Origin: an uncultured Phycisphaeraceae bacterium
Lineage (GTDB): Bacteria > Planctomycetota > Phycisphaerae > Phycisphaerales > UBA1924
Length of the DNA: 64,000 nt
Reading direction: 5' to 3'
Assembly (NCBI GenBank): GCA_964408965.1
Contig: CAYPBL010000002.1
Span: 24,856 to 88,855 of the forward strand
A model generated the notes under the pieces. That model searched no databases. It was not told where the DNA came from and saw nothing but the letters and a program-made list of their open reading frames with translations. Below are positions 26,192 to 35,843 of this stretch, piece by piece. Position 1 is the first letter of the stretch. Each line of letters begins with the position of its first letter. Position numbers and translations under genes: made by a program.

Positions 26192-27381
26192 AGCGCAGCG
26201 ACCTCCGCCTCGACGCCCAGTTCGCGCAGCGATCGGCTGATCTCCTCCACGTACACGGGGTTCATCACCACGACCAGGCCAGGCTCGATCGCGCGCAGCT
26301 CCTCGGGCGCGACGACGGGATGGCCCGTGCCGGGCATGAACCTTCCCTGCTTGTGCGGGTTGATGTCGACGACGGCCCGCACCTCCTCCTCCAGGCCCAG
26401 CGTGGTCAGGAAGGCCACGCCCTTGGAGCCGCCCCCCCACAGGACGACGGCTTCGCCGCTGTGGGCCCGCTCCTCGATGCGCTTGCGCCAGCGCTGGGCG
26501 ACCTGCGCTGCGCGCTGCGCGAAGGTCCGCGCAGCGTCGAGCAGCTCCTCCAGGGGCTCTTCGACGTCGAATCGCTCCTGGCCGCCGCCAGCCCAGCCGC
26601 CGCGCGCGCCAAAGGCCAGGATGTACTGGTCGTCGTAGTCCAGCTCCAGCGCGTCCAGCGCAAAGCCCGTCGAGCGCAGCAGCCGCGCCAGCGAGCCTGC
26701 GGTGAAGTACGAGCAGTGCTCGTAGTAGACGTCCCAGAAGGCGCCCTCGCGCAGCACGCGCAGCGCGTCGGGGAGCTCGAAGAAGACCGCAGCCCCGCCA
26801 TGGCGGTCCGCGTGTCTGGCCACGCGCAGCATGAAGTCCCGCACGGGGCCGATGTGCTCGAGCGTGTGCCGACAGCAGATGGCCCTGGCCTCGATGTCCA
26901 GGTGCGCCTCGCTGTAGAGCTCCCGCAGCACGGTCAGGCGGGCCTCCTGCTGGGGGGGGAGCCTTCCCGGAACAAAGGCGGGGTCGATCCCCACGCCCGT
27001 GCGCCCCGTCAGCTCGCAGAGCAGCGCCAGGAACTCCCCCTTGCCGCAGCCGATTTCGAGGATCGGCCCGCGCCGCTCCTGCCACAGCGCAGCGGTCCGC
27101 TGGGCAAGGCCCCTGACCCAGGCGCCGAACGTCGGCGAGCAGCCCTGCGACTCCTCGCAGCGTGCGCTGTACGCCTGCAGCGACGCGTCGTAGCGCTCGT
27201 TCCAGACGAAGCCGCAGGCCAGACAGCAGCGCAGCGCCAGATCGCCCCTGGGAAAGCTCCGCGCCTCCTCCGCGCTGTCCATCAGCAGCACGCTGTGCGC
27301 GGGCACATGCAGGAGCTCGTAGACGGGCTCGCTGCGGTCAGCCTCGCAGGCCGGGCACTGTGGCGGCGCAGCGGCGGTCAT
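26188..27381 (-). CDS. TylCIII-like SAM methyltransferase (paralog B, zinc ribbon present)
   Basis: N-terminus CPAC...CLAC; ILEIGCGKGEF; DVYYEHCSYFT; C-terminus LWGGGSKGV...[25 protein letters not shown] 27381 overlaps the upstream TGA by 1 nt. Confidence 0.85.
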   Translation of the reverse strand: MTAAAPPQCPACEADRSEPVYELLHVPAHSVLLMDSAEEARSFPRGDLALRCCLACGFVWNERYDASLQAYSARCEESQGCSPTFGAWVRGLAQRTAALWQERRGPILEIGCGKGEFLALLCELTGRTGVGIDPAFVPGRLPPQQEARLTVLRELYSEAHLDIEARAICCRHTLEHIGPVRDFMLRVARHADRHGGAAVFFELPDALRVLREGAFWDVYYEHCSYFTAGSLARLLRSTGFALDALELDYDDQYILAFGARGGWAGGGQERFDVEEPLEELLDAARTFAQRAAQVAQRWRKRIEERAHSGEAVVLWGGGSKGVAFLTTLGLEEEVRAVVDINPHKQGRFMPGTGHPVVAPEELRAIEPGLVVVMNPVYVEEISRSLRELGVEAEVAAL

Positions 27382-28646
27382 CAGACGATGCGCACCTGCG
27401 GCACGGGAATGATGAACCTGCCGCCCGCTTCGCGGTAGGCCCGCTGCTGCTCGAGGATCTCGTCCGCGAAGTTCCACGCCAGCAGCAGCGCGTAGTCGGG
27501 CCTGCGCTCGAGCAGCGCCTCGGGCGCCAGGATGGGCAGATGGGCCCCCGGCATGAACCTGCCCTGCTTGTGCTCGTTGCGGTCGACGACGAAGTCGAGC
27601 GTCGAGGCGTCTATTCCGCAGAAGTTGAGCAGGGTCGCGCCCTTGGCGCTGGCGGCGTAGGCGGCCAGGCGCGCCCCCTTGGCTTTGAGCTCCTCGAGCG
27701 TGCGGACCAGCTCGTCGCGCAGCTGCTCGACACGGCTGGCGAAGCCCTCGTAGAAGGCGCTGGTCGTCATGCCCTTGTCGCGCTCCTCTTCGAGCAGCGC
27801 CTCGAGCCTGTCGCTGCGCCGGCCGCGCTTTCGCACCGTCAGCCTGAGCGAGCCGCCGTGGATCGCAATGCGCCTGACGTCGCACAGCCTCAAGCCGTTG
27901 TGCGCAAAGAGCCGGTCCAGCGCCGTGGCGGAGAAGTAGCACAGGTGCTCGTGGTAGATGGTGTCGAACTCGTTGCGCTCGACGAGGTCGCCGACGTAGG
28001 GGACCTCGATGGCCGCGGCGCCCGTCTCCTTGAGAATCGTCGCGATCCCCTGCACGAAGCCGTTGGTGTCGGCCACGTGGGCCAGGACGTTGTTGGCGAC
28101 CACGACGTCCGCCCGCACGCCCTCCTCGGCCAGCTGACGGGCGAGCTCGAGCGTGAAGAAGGCGTTGCGCGTGGGAACGCCCGCAGCGATGGCCGCCTGG
28201 GCGGGGCCGGGAGCGGGGTCGATCCCCAGCGCGGGCACGCCCTGTTCGACGAAGTTGCGCAGCAGGTAGCCGTCGTTGCTGGCCAGCTCGACGACGAGGC
28301 TGTCGGGCCCGAGCCCTTCGCGCTCGATCAGCTCCAGCGCGTGCTCGCGCGAGTGCGCAAGCAGCGCGTCGCTGCAGGAGGAGTAGTACGGATAGTCCTC
28401 GTCGAAGACGATCTCCGGCGCCACGGTCTCGAGAATCTGCACGAGCGAGCAGCTGGGGCAGAAGCCCACCTGCAGCGGATAGCGCCGCTCGTCGCCCGCC
28501 TCGAGCTGCTCCTGCGTCAGCAGCGCGTCAGCCAGCGGCGTCACGCCCAGGTCCAGCACCGGCGCAAGGCCGTGGTGATCGCAGACTCTGCAGCGGGCCT
28601 GGGCGCAGGCCTGTTCGAGCGGCAGCGCCTCCGCCTTGGCGCTCAC
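27381..28646 (-). CDS. NDP-hexose C-methyltransferase family protein (TylCIII/EryBIII-like; paralog A)
   Basis: CRVC...CPSC zinc ribbon; YPYYSSCS; [12 protein letters not shown]; [10 protein letters not shown]; [13 protein letters not shown]; HGGSLRL; [22 protein letters not shown]. This is a full Methyltransf_13/12/14-type architecture. GTG 28646 overlaps the upstream stop. Confidence 0.9.
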   Translation of the reverse strand: MSAKAEALPLEQACAQARCRVCDHHGLAPVLDLGVTPLADALLTQEQLEAGDERRYPLQVGFCPSCSLVQILETVAPEIVFDEDYPYYSSCSDALLAHSREHALELIEREGLGPDSLVVELASNDGYLLRNFVEQGVPALGIDPAPGPAQAAIAAGVPTRNAFFTLELARQLAEEGVRADVVVANNVLAHVADTNGFVQGIATILKETGAAAIEVPYVGDLVERNEFDTIYHEHLCYFSATALDRLFAHNGLRLCDVRRIAIHGGSLRLTVRKRGRRSDRLEALLEEERDKGMTTSAFYEGFASRVEQLRDELVRTLEELKAKGARLAAYAASAKGATLLNFCGIDASTLDFVVDRNEHKQGRFMPGAHLPILAPEALLERRPDYALLLAWNFADEILEQQRAYREAGGRFIIPVPQVRIV

Positions 28647-29680
28647 GCTGAGTCCCTCCAGCGCAGCGAGCTGTCGAGCTTTCCCGACGCAAGCAGGCTC
28701 TGGATGTGGGCGACGCGCTTGAAGCGCGGCCCCTCGAAGTCCTCGCGCGACAGGCCCGCGCCCGAGAAGGCCTCGTAGAGCTCGCGGGCGCCCTGGCGCG
28801 CCGACCAGCGGGGCGCCGCCTCCGGGAAGGCCCGGACCAGCCTGTCGCAGTTGACGCGGTAGCAGCGCTTGTCGGGCCCTGCGTCCGGGGCGTATTCGAC
28901 GCGGGCGCCCGGCGCCGTCTGCGCGACGATCCGGGCCAGCTCGCGCATCTGGTAGTTCTCGTCCGTCGAGCCGACGTTGAAGGCTTTGCCCGAGACCTCC
29001 TCCGCCGGCGCCTCGAGCAGGGCCGCAAAGGCCCGGGAGATGTCCTCGATGTGCACGATCGGCCGCCAGGGCGTGCCGTCGCTCTTGAGGTACACCAGCC
29101 CCGTGGCCACGGCGTGGGCCATGAGGTTGTTGAGCACCAGGTCGAAGCGGATCTTCGCCGACACGCCGTAGGCGGTGGCGCTTCTGGGGAAGATCGGCGT
29201 GAAGGTCTCGCTCGCCATGGGCGCCACGTCCTGCTCGGCCCGGACCTTCGAGACGCCGTAGGGCGTCACCGGATTGAGCGCGCCCGACTCGTCGATGACG
29301 TCCTCGCCCGCGGCGCCGTAGTTGCTGCAGGAGGAGGAGAAGATGAACCTGCGCACGCCCGCGTCCCTGGCCAGCTCAGCCAGGCGCACCGTCGCGCGGT
29401 GGTTGATGTCGAAGGTCAGCTCGGGGTCCAGATCGCCCAGCGGATCGTTCGAGAGCCCCGCCAGATGGATCACCGCGTCGAAGCCCTCGAGGTCCTTGCG
29501 CTCGAGGTCGCGCACGTCCTTGCGCAGGTTGGGAACGTCGGGCAGGGCCCCGCCTCTGTCGAAGACGCATCGGCCGTAGAGGTCGGTGTCCACGCCCACG
29601 ACCTCGTGCCCAGCCCGCTGGAGCATGGGCGTCATGACGCAGCCGATGTAGCCCAGATGGCCCGTCAGCAGCACGCGCAC
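28643..29680 (-). CDS. NAD-dependent epimerase/dehydratase-family SDR
   Basis: [16 protein letters not shown] (Rossmann GxxGxxG), SSCSNYG and YGVSKVRAE (YxxxK). The GTG start lies 1 nt after the rfbF stop. Confidence 0.9.
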   Translation of the reverse strand: MRVLLTGHLGYIGCVMTPMLQRAGHEVVGVDTDLYGRCVFDRGGALPDVPNLRKDVRDLERKDLEGFDAVIHLAGLSNDPLGDLDPELTFDINHRATVRLAELARDAGVRRFIFSSSCSNYGAAGEDVIDESGALNPVTPYGVSKVRAEQDVAPMASETFTPIFPRSATAYGVSAKIRFDLVLNNLMAHAVATGLVYLKSDGTPWRPIVHIEDISRAFAALLEAPAEEVSGKAFNVGSTDENYQMRELARIVAQTAPGARVEYAPDAGPDKRCYRVNCDRLVRAFPEAAPRWSARQGARELYEAFSGAGLSREDFEGPRFKRVAHIQSLLASGKLDSSLRWRDSA

Positions 29681-29681
29681 G

Positions 29682-30455
29682 TCAGTCGTCCCACGTCTTC
29701 CAGGGAGCGTTTCCCGCAGCCCACAGGTCCTCCAGCCGCTTGCGGTCGCGCAGCGTGTCCATGCACTGCCAGAAGCCCTCGTGTTTGTAGGCCATCATCT
29801 GGCCGTCGCGGGCCAGCTGCTCCATGGGCGCCTTCTCCCACTGCGTGTCGTCGCCCTCGATGTAGTCGAAGACGCCCGGCTCGCAGACGAAGAAGGCGCC
29901 GTTGATCCAGCCCTCGGAGGTCTGGGGCTTTTCGGAGAACTCCACCACGCGGTCGCCGTCGAAGACCATGTGCCCGAAGCGCGCCGGCGGCCTGACGGCG
30001 GTGACGGTCAGCAGTCTGCCGTGGCTCCTGTGAAAGGCCAGCAGTCTGTCCAGGTCCACGTCGCTGACGCCGTCGCCCCAGGTCAGAAAGAAGGTCTCCG
30101 AGCCCAGCGTCGGCGCCAGACGCTTGATGCGGCCGCCGGTGTTCGTGTGCACGCCCGTGTCGATGAGGTGGACGGTCCAGTCGAGCCGATCGCCGTCGTG
30201 GCGGAGCACGTCGCCCGAGCCGAGCTTGACGGTCAGGTCGCTGTTGAGGGCGCAGTAGTCGACCATGTACTTCTTGATGACCTCGCCCTTGTAGCCCAGC
30301 GCGATGACGAACTCGCGGTGTCCGTAGCGGGCGTAGTGCTTCATGATGTGCCAGAGGATGGGCCTGGAGCCGATCTCGACCATGGGCTTGGGCTTGACGG
30401 TGGTCTCCTCCGCCAGCCTCGAGCCCACGCCCCCTGCGAGAATGGCCACCTTCAT
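29682..30455 (-). CDS. rfbF: Glucose-1-phosphate cytidylyltransferase
   Basis: MKVAILAGGVGSRLAEETTVKPKPMVEIGSRPILWHIMKHYARYGHREFVIALGYKG...GDGVSDVDL...GFWQCMDTLRD matches RfbF end to end, as recalled. Confidence 0.9.
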   Translation of the reverse strand: MKVAILAGGVGSRLAEETTVKPKPMVEIGSRPILWHIMKHYARYGHREFVIALGYKGEVIKKYMVDYCALNSDLTVKLGSGDVLRHDGDRLDWTVHLIDTGVHTNTGGRIKRLAPTLGSETFFLTWGDGVSDVDLDRLLAFHRSHGRLLTVTAVRPPARFGHMVFDGDRVVEFSEKPQTSEGWINGAFFVCEPGVFDYIEGDDTQWEKAPMEQLARDGQMMAYKHEGFWQCMDTLRDRKRLEDLWAAGNAPWKTWDD

Positions 30456-30509
30456 CCTGTTCCTACCCCCTGCGTCCCGGGCCGTCGCCGGCGCGGACGC
30501 TGCATCATC

Positions 30510-31853
30510 CTACGCCCGCACGAGCCTGTCGCCCATGGCGCCGGCCCACGGCCGCATGGCGTCGCGCGTGTCGACCACCAGCTGGGCCTTCTCAGCCAGC
30601 AGCTCGTAGGGCCCCTGCGAATGGTTGGTCACGATCGCGACAGCGTCGAACGCCGCGACGTTCTCGTCGGTCAGCTCCACGCTGCGCAGCGCCAGGTCGT
30701 GCCTGCGCACCCTGGGCGTCTCGGGCACGAAGGGGTCCGCATACGCGACCTCGGCGCCGCGGCTGCGGAGCAGCTCGATGATCTCGAAGGCGGGCGACTC
30801 GCGGGTGTCGTCCACGTCGGGCTTGTAGGCAAGGCCGAAGACCAGCACGCGCGAGCCCTTGACGGGCTTGCCCCGCTCGTTGAGCGCCCAGGCGATCCGG
30901 TCCACCACGTATTCGGGCATGGCGGCGTTGACCTCGCCGGCCAGCTCGATGAAGCGCGTGGGCCTTCCCGCCTCCTTGGCCTTCCAACTGAGGTAGAAGG
31001 GGTCGATGGGAATGCAGTGCCCGCCCAGGCCCGGGCCGGGGTAGAAGGGCATGAAGCCGAAGGGCTTGGTCGCCGCTGCGCGCACCACCTCCCACACGTC
31101 CACGCCCAGCGCGTCGAGCACCACCTTCATCTCGTTGACCAGGGCGATGTTGACCGCGCGGAAGATGTTCTCGAGCAGCTTGGCCGCCTCGGCCACCTCG
31201 GCGCTGGAGACGGGCTCGACCCGCTCGACCGCCAGGCGGTACAGCGCCGTCGCCAACTGCGTCGAGACCTCGTCGAGCCCGCCGACGAGCTTGGGGATGG
31301 TGCGGGTGTTGTGGTCCTTGCGACCCGGGTCCTCGCGCTCGGGCGAGAAGGCGAGGAAGAAGTCCTCGCCGACCGTGAGCCCCTTGTCCGCGCCGCCAGC
31401 CTCCATGATCGCCCCGAGCAGCTCGCCCCGCGTCGTGCCGGGGTACGTCGTGGACTCCAGCGCGATCAGCTGGCCGCGGCGCAGCGTTCTGCCGACGGCC
31501 CTTCCCGTAGCAACGACGTAGGACAGGTCGGGCTCGCGGTGCGGCCCCAGCGGCGTCGGAACACAGATGCACAGCGCGTCAGCTTCGCCCAGCCTGTCGA
31601 AGTCGGTCGTCGCCTCGAAGCGGTCGCTTTCGCCGAGTGTGCGGAACACGCCCTCGCCCAGGTGCCTGAGGTAGCACGCCCCCCGGGCCAGCGCCTCGGG
31701 CTTGGCGGGGTCGACGTCGAAGCCGACGACGCGCAGCCCGCCCTCGTGCAGCGCGTGCGCAAGGGGCAGCCCCACATAGCCCAGGCCGATCACGCCTGCC
31801 ACGGCCTGGCGGGTCTCGATCCTGTCCAGCAGCTCCTGGGCTGTGCGGTTCAT
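30510..31853 (-). CDS. Nucleotide-sugar 6-dehydrogenase (UDP-GlcNAc/UDP-ManNAc/UDP-Glc dehydrogenase family)
   Basis: ATG 31853 with GAAAGGAA upstream. VIGLGYVGLPLA Rossmann motif; catalytic GPGLGGHCIPIDP; C-terminal GLAYKPDVDDTRESP. The part of the tracked ORF upstream of 31853 is shadow. Confidence 0.9.
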   Translation of the reverse strand: MNRTAQELLDRIETRQAVAGVIGLGYVGLPLAHALHEGGLRVVGFDVDPAKPEALARGACYLRHLGEGVFRTLGESDRFEATTDFDRLGEADALCICVPTPLGPHREPDLSYVVATGRAVGRTLRRGQLIALESTTYPGTTRGELLGAIMEAGGADKGLTVGEDFFLAFSPEREDPGRKDHNTRTIPKLVGGLDEVSTQLATALYRLAVERVEPVSSAEVAEAAKLLENIFRAVNIALVNEMKVVLDALGVDVWEVVRAAATKPFGFMPFYPGPGLGGHCIPIDPFYLSWKAKEAGRPTRFIELAGEVNAAMPEYVVDRIAWALNERGKPVKGSRVLVFGLAYKPDVDDTRESPAFEIIELLRSRGAEVAYADPFVPETPRVRRHDLALRSVELTDENVAAFDAVAIVTNHSQGPYELLAEKAQLVVDTRDAMRPWAGAMGDRLVRA

Positions 31854-31876
31854 GCGCGGGTTCCTTTCGTGACGGG

Positions 31877-32377
31877 TCAGGTCGACTCCTGCGCAGGCGT
31901 CGGCTGGTGGATGAAGCGTCTGAGGGTCTCGAGCAGCTGGGGCGAGGCGTAGGGCTGGGCCCGGGGGGGCGCGGGGATCCGCTCCGGATGGTCGAGCAGT
32001 TCGAACAGCTCCTCTTCGTCGAAGGCCGCTGCGATCTTGCCCTGCTGGCGCAGCCGCTGGGCCGTGGCGACCTGGTGGTCGTTGCGGGTCTCGCGCAGCG
32101 CGCCGCGGCGGGGCAGCGCGAGGATGGGCCTGCCCAGCGTCAGGGCCGTGATGATCGCCCCCATCCCCGCGTGGGCGACGACCAGGTCGGCCTGCTCGAC
32201 GCGGGCGCGGAACTCGTCGGGGCTGAGCCGCTCGGTCCAGCCGATCCACCGCGGCCGCGCCCCCCCTTCGCAGATCTGGGCGAAGACGTCCTGGCGCCTG
32301 CGCTCCTGCGCCCAGCGGTCCACCGCCAGGACCAGCCTGTCGAAGGGCATCTGCGAGCCGACGGTGACGAAGATCAC
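31877..32377 (-). CDS. Alg13-like glycosyltransferase subunit (GT28 C-terminal domain; PssE/Cps14G type)
   Basis: MIFVTVGSQMPFDRL...ADLVVAHAGMGAIITALTLGRPILALPRR...ETRNDHQ. GTG start overlaps the stop of the Alg14-like gene (GTGA). Confidence 0.8.
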   Translation of the reverse strand: MIFVTVGSQMPFDRLVLAVDRWAQERRRQDVFAQICEGGARPRWIGWTERLSPDEFRARVEQADLVVAHAGMGAIITALTLGRPILALPRRGALRETRNDHQVATAQRLRQQGKIAAAFDEEELFELLDHPERIPAPPRAQPYASPQLLETLRRFIHQPTPAQEST

Positions 32378-32853
32378 AAGACGCTCCCCGCATGCGTCGG
32401 CCCGCCCTCGCGGGCCAGCTCAGGCCACTGCGTCAGCCACAGGTCCGCGTATTTGCCCGCCTTCTCCCCCGCCAGAGACAGCTGCTCGACGTTGGCTGCG
32501 CTGTCGAGCCACACCGTCCGGGCGCCGAGGAGCCTTCCCAGGCGAATCGCAAAATAGCCGGGCGCCGCGCCCGTCGTGACCACCACGTCGGGCCGCTGAC
32601 GCAGCAGGATCCAGGCCATCTGCGCCGCCATCCACAGCAGCTTGAGCTTGTTCCAGCGCGTCGCGTCGACGACCACCCGCAGCGGCTGGCCGGGCGCCAG
32701 GTCCTGGGCGAAGGCCCTGCGCACGGTCACGTACACGACGTCGCAGTCCTCGAAGGCCGGCCGCAGCCGCAGCAGCTGCACCCAGTGCCCTCCGCCCGAG
32801 GCGACGGCCAGGACCCGAGGCCTTCGGCGCCGCGACCGACCGCTGCGCTTCAT
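32374..32853 (-). CDS. Alg14-like glycosyltransferase membrane/partner subunit (PssD/Cps14F type)
   Basis: ATG 32853 with GGAGGGGG upstream, overlapping the upstream stop. VLAVASGGGHWVQLLRL...PDVVVTTGAAPG. It is paired with the Alg13-like gene. Confidence 0.8.
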   Translation of the reverse strand: MKRSGRSRRRRPRVLAVASGGGHWVQLLRLRPAFEDCDVVYVTVRRAFAQDLAPGQPLRVVVDATRWNKLKLLWMAAQMAWILLRQRPDVVVTTGAAPGYFAIRLGRLLGARTVWLDSAANVEQLSLAGEKAGKYADLWLTQWPELAREGGPTHAGSVL

Positions 32854-33569
32854 CGCGCCCCCTCCGTGCGCCGCTGCAGGGCCTGGCTGAGCGTCACGAC
32901 GGCGAGCCCCCGTCTGTGCGCCATCGTCAGCAGCGCCTCCGTCGCCTCGAGCACGTAGCGACGCCGCTCCTCGGTGAAGGGGTGGGGCCGGTCGAAGTCG
33001 TGCAGCAGGGCGACGCCGCCGCCTGCGCGCTCGATCGCCCGGGCCAGGGCGGCCGGCTCGGGAAGCGCAGGCCTGGTGTCGCCGCCGTCGTGCGTCCACC
33101 AGCAGCAGCGCAGGCCCCGGACAGCGACCGTCAGCGTCGTGGCCAGGTGCGTCTTGCCGTAGGGCGGGCGAAAGAGCCTGGGCGGGCCGGCCAGGGAGGC
33201 GACGGTGCGCGCCCCCGCCAGGGCGTCGCGCGTCGAGCGCCAGGGCGGCGTCCTCCAGCTGTGCAGGTGCTCCTGACTGTGGCAGCCCACTTCGTGGCCC
33301 TGCTTCACGATGGCCCGCACAAGTTCAGGACGCTTCGCTGCGCGCCTGCCAAGGAGGAAGAACGTCGCCCGCGCGTCGTGGTCAGCGAGCAGCTCGAGCA
33401 GCCCAGGCGTGGTGCGCTCGCCCGGGCCGTCGTCGTAGGTGAGGACCAGCAGGCGGCGCCCGGCGCAGCGCCGCTGCGCCGCGACCCTCCACAGCGCCCG
33501 CTGCGCCAGCGGCTGGCCGTAGAAGACGCCCCCAGCGGCCGCTGCCGCCAGCGCCGTCTCGATCAGCAC
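32850..33569 (-). CDS. Polysaccharide deacetylase (NodB homology domain, CE4)
   Basis: LVLTYDDGPGERTTPGLLELLADHDARATFFLLG...GHEVGCHSQEH. The start is uncertain: GTG 33569 gives an N-terminal TM segment and a 7-nt overlap, and the ORF extends to 33653. Confidence 0.8.
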   Translation of the reverse strand: MLIETALAAAAAGGVFYGQPLAQRALWRVAAQRRCAGRRLLVLTYDDGPGERTTPGLLELLADHDARATFFLLGRRAAKRPELVRAIVKQGHEVGCHSQEHLHSWRTPPWRSTRDALAGARTVASLAGPPRLFRPPYGKTHLATTLTVAVRGLRCCWWTHDGGDTRPALPEPAALARAIERAGGGVALLHDFDRPHPFTEERRRYVLEATEALLTMAHRRGLAVVTLSQALQRRTEGAR

Positions 33570-34837
33570 CGCGCCGCCTCCTGCGCCGTGTGGCGCCCCT
33601 GCTGGAGCAGCGCCAGATACCGCTGCTCCATCCGCTCGATCTTGCGGTCCCACAGGGCCAGCTCCGCTGCTCGGGCGCGGGCGGCTCGGCCCATGGCCCG
33701 GGCGCGGTCGGGGTCCTCGAGCAGGCGGCGCACCGCCTGGGCCAGGTCGCGGGCGTACCGCTCAGGCTCGACGGGCTCGACGCGCACACTGCACGACTCG
33801 TCCGCCGCAGCGGCTGGGCCTCCCGCGTCGGCGACGACCAACGGCAGCCCAAAGCCCATCGCTTCGAAGACGACGTTGCCGCTGGGCTCGCGAAAGCTCG
33901 GAAAGAAGAACACGTCGGCCCTGCGGTAGAACTCGTCGACGCGCCGGCGGGGGACCCGGCCGTGCAGCTGCACGCGGCCCTCGAGCCCGAGCTGGGCGAT
34001 CTCCTCCTCGCAGCGGCGTCGGTCCTCCCCCTCACCGACGATGTCGAGCCTGAGGCCCTGCACGTCCTGCAGATGGGCCATGGCGCGGATCGCGTCGCGG
34101 GCGCCCTTGTTGCGCACCAGGCGGCCCACGAAGAGCAGCCTGACGCTGTCGCGCGAAAAGGGCGCAGCTGGCGGCTCGGGCAGACGCTCCACGCCCGTCT
34201 CCGACTCGACGTCGAAGCGCCGCAGCGGCACGCCCTGGCTCTCGAGCAGCTCGCGCACGTACCCGCCCACGCCCAGCAGCAGGTCCGCCTTCGCAAGGGT
34301 CCTGCGCAGCAGCGGGTCGCGGCGCAGGCGAAGGCGGTCGATCGCCCGCAGCCGGGTGTACCAGCGGGAGCTTGCCATCTCGCGCTGAAAGCCTGGCGGC
34401 GTCTGCAGGCTCCCTCCCAGGGGCCCCACGACCAGCGGCTCGACGAGCCCCACAGCCGGGCTCGGGTAGCGCAGCGCAAGCGGCGAGAGCTGGTGGGCCA
34501 GGTCGAAGCGCTCGCCCTGCGCCAGCGCCCGCCTGATCCAGGCCCGCGCCCTGGCGTAGAAGAGCGCGTAGGCGGGCTTGGCCATGCTGTTGAACCTGCT
34601 CAGCCGCCCAAGGCCGGGCGGCTCGGTCCATTCGACGACGCGGCAGCGGCCCGACAGCTGCTGCGCAGCGCAGGGCGCCGAGCGCTTGCGGATCGTCAGC
34701 GCCGTCACCTCGTGCCTGCGGGCCAGCCTGCTGACCCACTGAAAGGCGCTCCAGGCCTCGCCGACGTCCATCGCGTCGCACCAGGGCGCAAGCAGCAGCA
34801 GACGCAGTCTTGGCGCGTCAGCCTCAGGCGCCCGCAT
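33563..34837 (-). CDS. Glycosyltransferase family 4 (GT-B)
   Basis: LLFVGRLVRNKGARDAIRAM...LDIVGEGEDR...ADVFFFPSFREPSGNVVFEAMGFGLPLVVAD (E-x7-E region). Confidence 0.85.
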   Translation of the reverse strand: MRAPEADAPRLRLLLLAPWCDAMDVGEAWSAFQWVSRLARRHEVTALTIRKRSAPCAAQQLSGRCRVVEWTEPPGLGRLSRFNSMAKPAYALFYARARAWIRRALAQGERFDLAHQLSPLALRYPSPAVGLVEPLVVGPLGGSLQTPPGFQREMASSRWYTRLRAIDRLRLRRDPLLRRTLAKADLLLGVGGYVRELLESQGVPLRRFDVESETGVERLPEPPAAPFSRDSVRLLFVGRLVRNKGARDAIRAMAHLQDVQGLRLDIVGEGEDRRRCEEEIAQLGLEGRVQLHGRVPRRRVDEFYRRADVFFFPSFREPSGNVVFEAMGFGLPLVVADAGGPAAAADESCSVRVEPVEPERYARDLAQAVRRLLEDPDRARAMGRAARARAAELALWDRKIERMEQRYLALLQQGRHTAQEAARC

Positions 34838-35843
34838 GGTTCGCCCGCTCCTTGCCCGGCCACGTCGAAGCGAAGCCCTTGACGACAGCGCGGAAGTGCG
34901 CCGCCCGCTCCTTGGCCGCCGGTCTTCGGCCCAGCAGCGCCCACAGCGTCCACAGCGCCGCCCGCGAGGCGTTGAAGCACCACAGCAGCGCGAACGCCGC
35001 CGCTGCTGCGAGCGCGCCGTGGTGCTTGCGGTGAAAGCGGATCAGCCCCGCGGTCAGCAGCAGATCGCGTCGGGGGGCGTTGGCTCTGCCGCTGGCGTTG
35101 CCGATGTGGATGTACTCCCCCACCGGAGCGAAGCGGATCCGCCAGCCCGCCCTGCGGAAGCGTCGGCACCAGTCCGTCTCCTCGCCGCAGTGCAGGAAGC
35201 GGTCGTCCATCAGCCCCACCTGCTCCATCGCCTCGCGGCGGACGAGCATGAAGCAGCCCGTGACGACGGGCACGTCGCGTTCGCTGTCGCGCTTCCAGTG
35301 GGCGAAGTGCTCACGGCCGAGGAACCTGGGCCAGGGCAGGCGAAACAGCCCCGTCGTCTTGAGCAGCAGGTTGAAGAGCGTCGGCTCCATGAAGCAGGTC
35401 ATCTGCGTCGAGCCGTCGGGGTTGAGCGCCTTGCAGGCCATCACGCCCACCTCGGGGTGCTCGTCCATGTAGCGCACGCAGGCGGAGAGGGCGTCCCCCA
35501 GCACGACCGTGTCGGAGTTGAGCAGCAGGGCGTAGCGGCCGCGGGCCCGCTCCAGGGCCTGGTTGTTGGCCGCTGCGAAGCCGCGGTTCGTCTCGTTGCG
35601 GAGCAGGACGACCTGCGGGTGCTCGCGCTGGACCATCTCCGCGGAGCCGTCGGTCGAGGCGTTGTCGACGACGAAGATTTCCGCAGCAAGGTCGCCCAGG
35701 CCCTGCTCCACACTGCGGAGGCAGTCGCGCAGAATCTCCCGCGTGTTGTAGCTGACGATGACGATGGACAGGTCCACCGTCTGCGCAGGCTGGGCGGCGC
35801 CGAAGTGCGGGGCGGGCGCGCTGGCTGGGGAGGATGCGCTCAT
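34824..35843 (-). CDS. Glycosyltransferase family 2
   Basis: ATG 35843 overlaps the upstream stop. LSIVIVSYNTREILRDCLRSV...VVDNASTDGS...NRGFAAANN...LLNSDT (DxD-type GT-A), with a C-terminal TM segment. Confidence 0.85.
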   Translation of the reverse strand: MSASSPASAPAPHFGAAQPAQTVDLSIVIVSYNTREILRDCLRSVEQGLGDLAAEIFVVDNASTDGSAEMVQREHPQVVLLRNETNRGFAAANNQALERARGRYALLLNSDTVVLGDALSACVRYMDEHPEVGVMACKALNPDGSTQMTCFMEPTLFNLLLKTTGLFRLPWPRFLGREHFAHWKRDSERDVPVVTGCFMLVRREAMEQVGLMDDRFLHCGEETDWCRRFRRAGWRIRFAPVGEYIHIGNASGRANAPRRDLLLTAGLIRFHRKHHGALAAAAAFALLWCFNASRAALWTLWALLGRRPAAKERAAHFRAVVKGFASTWPGKERANHAGA

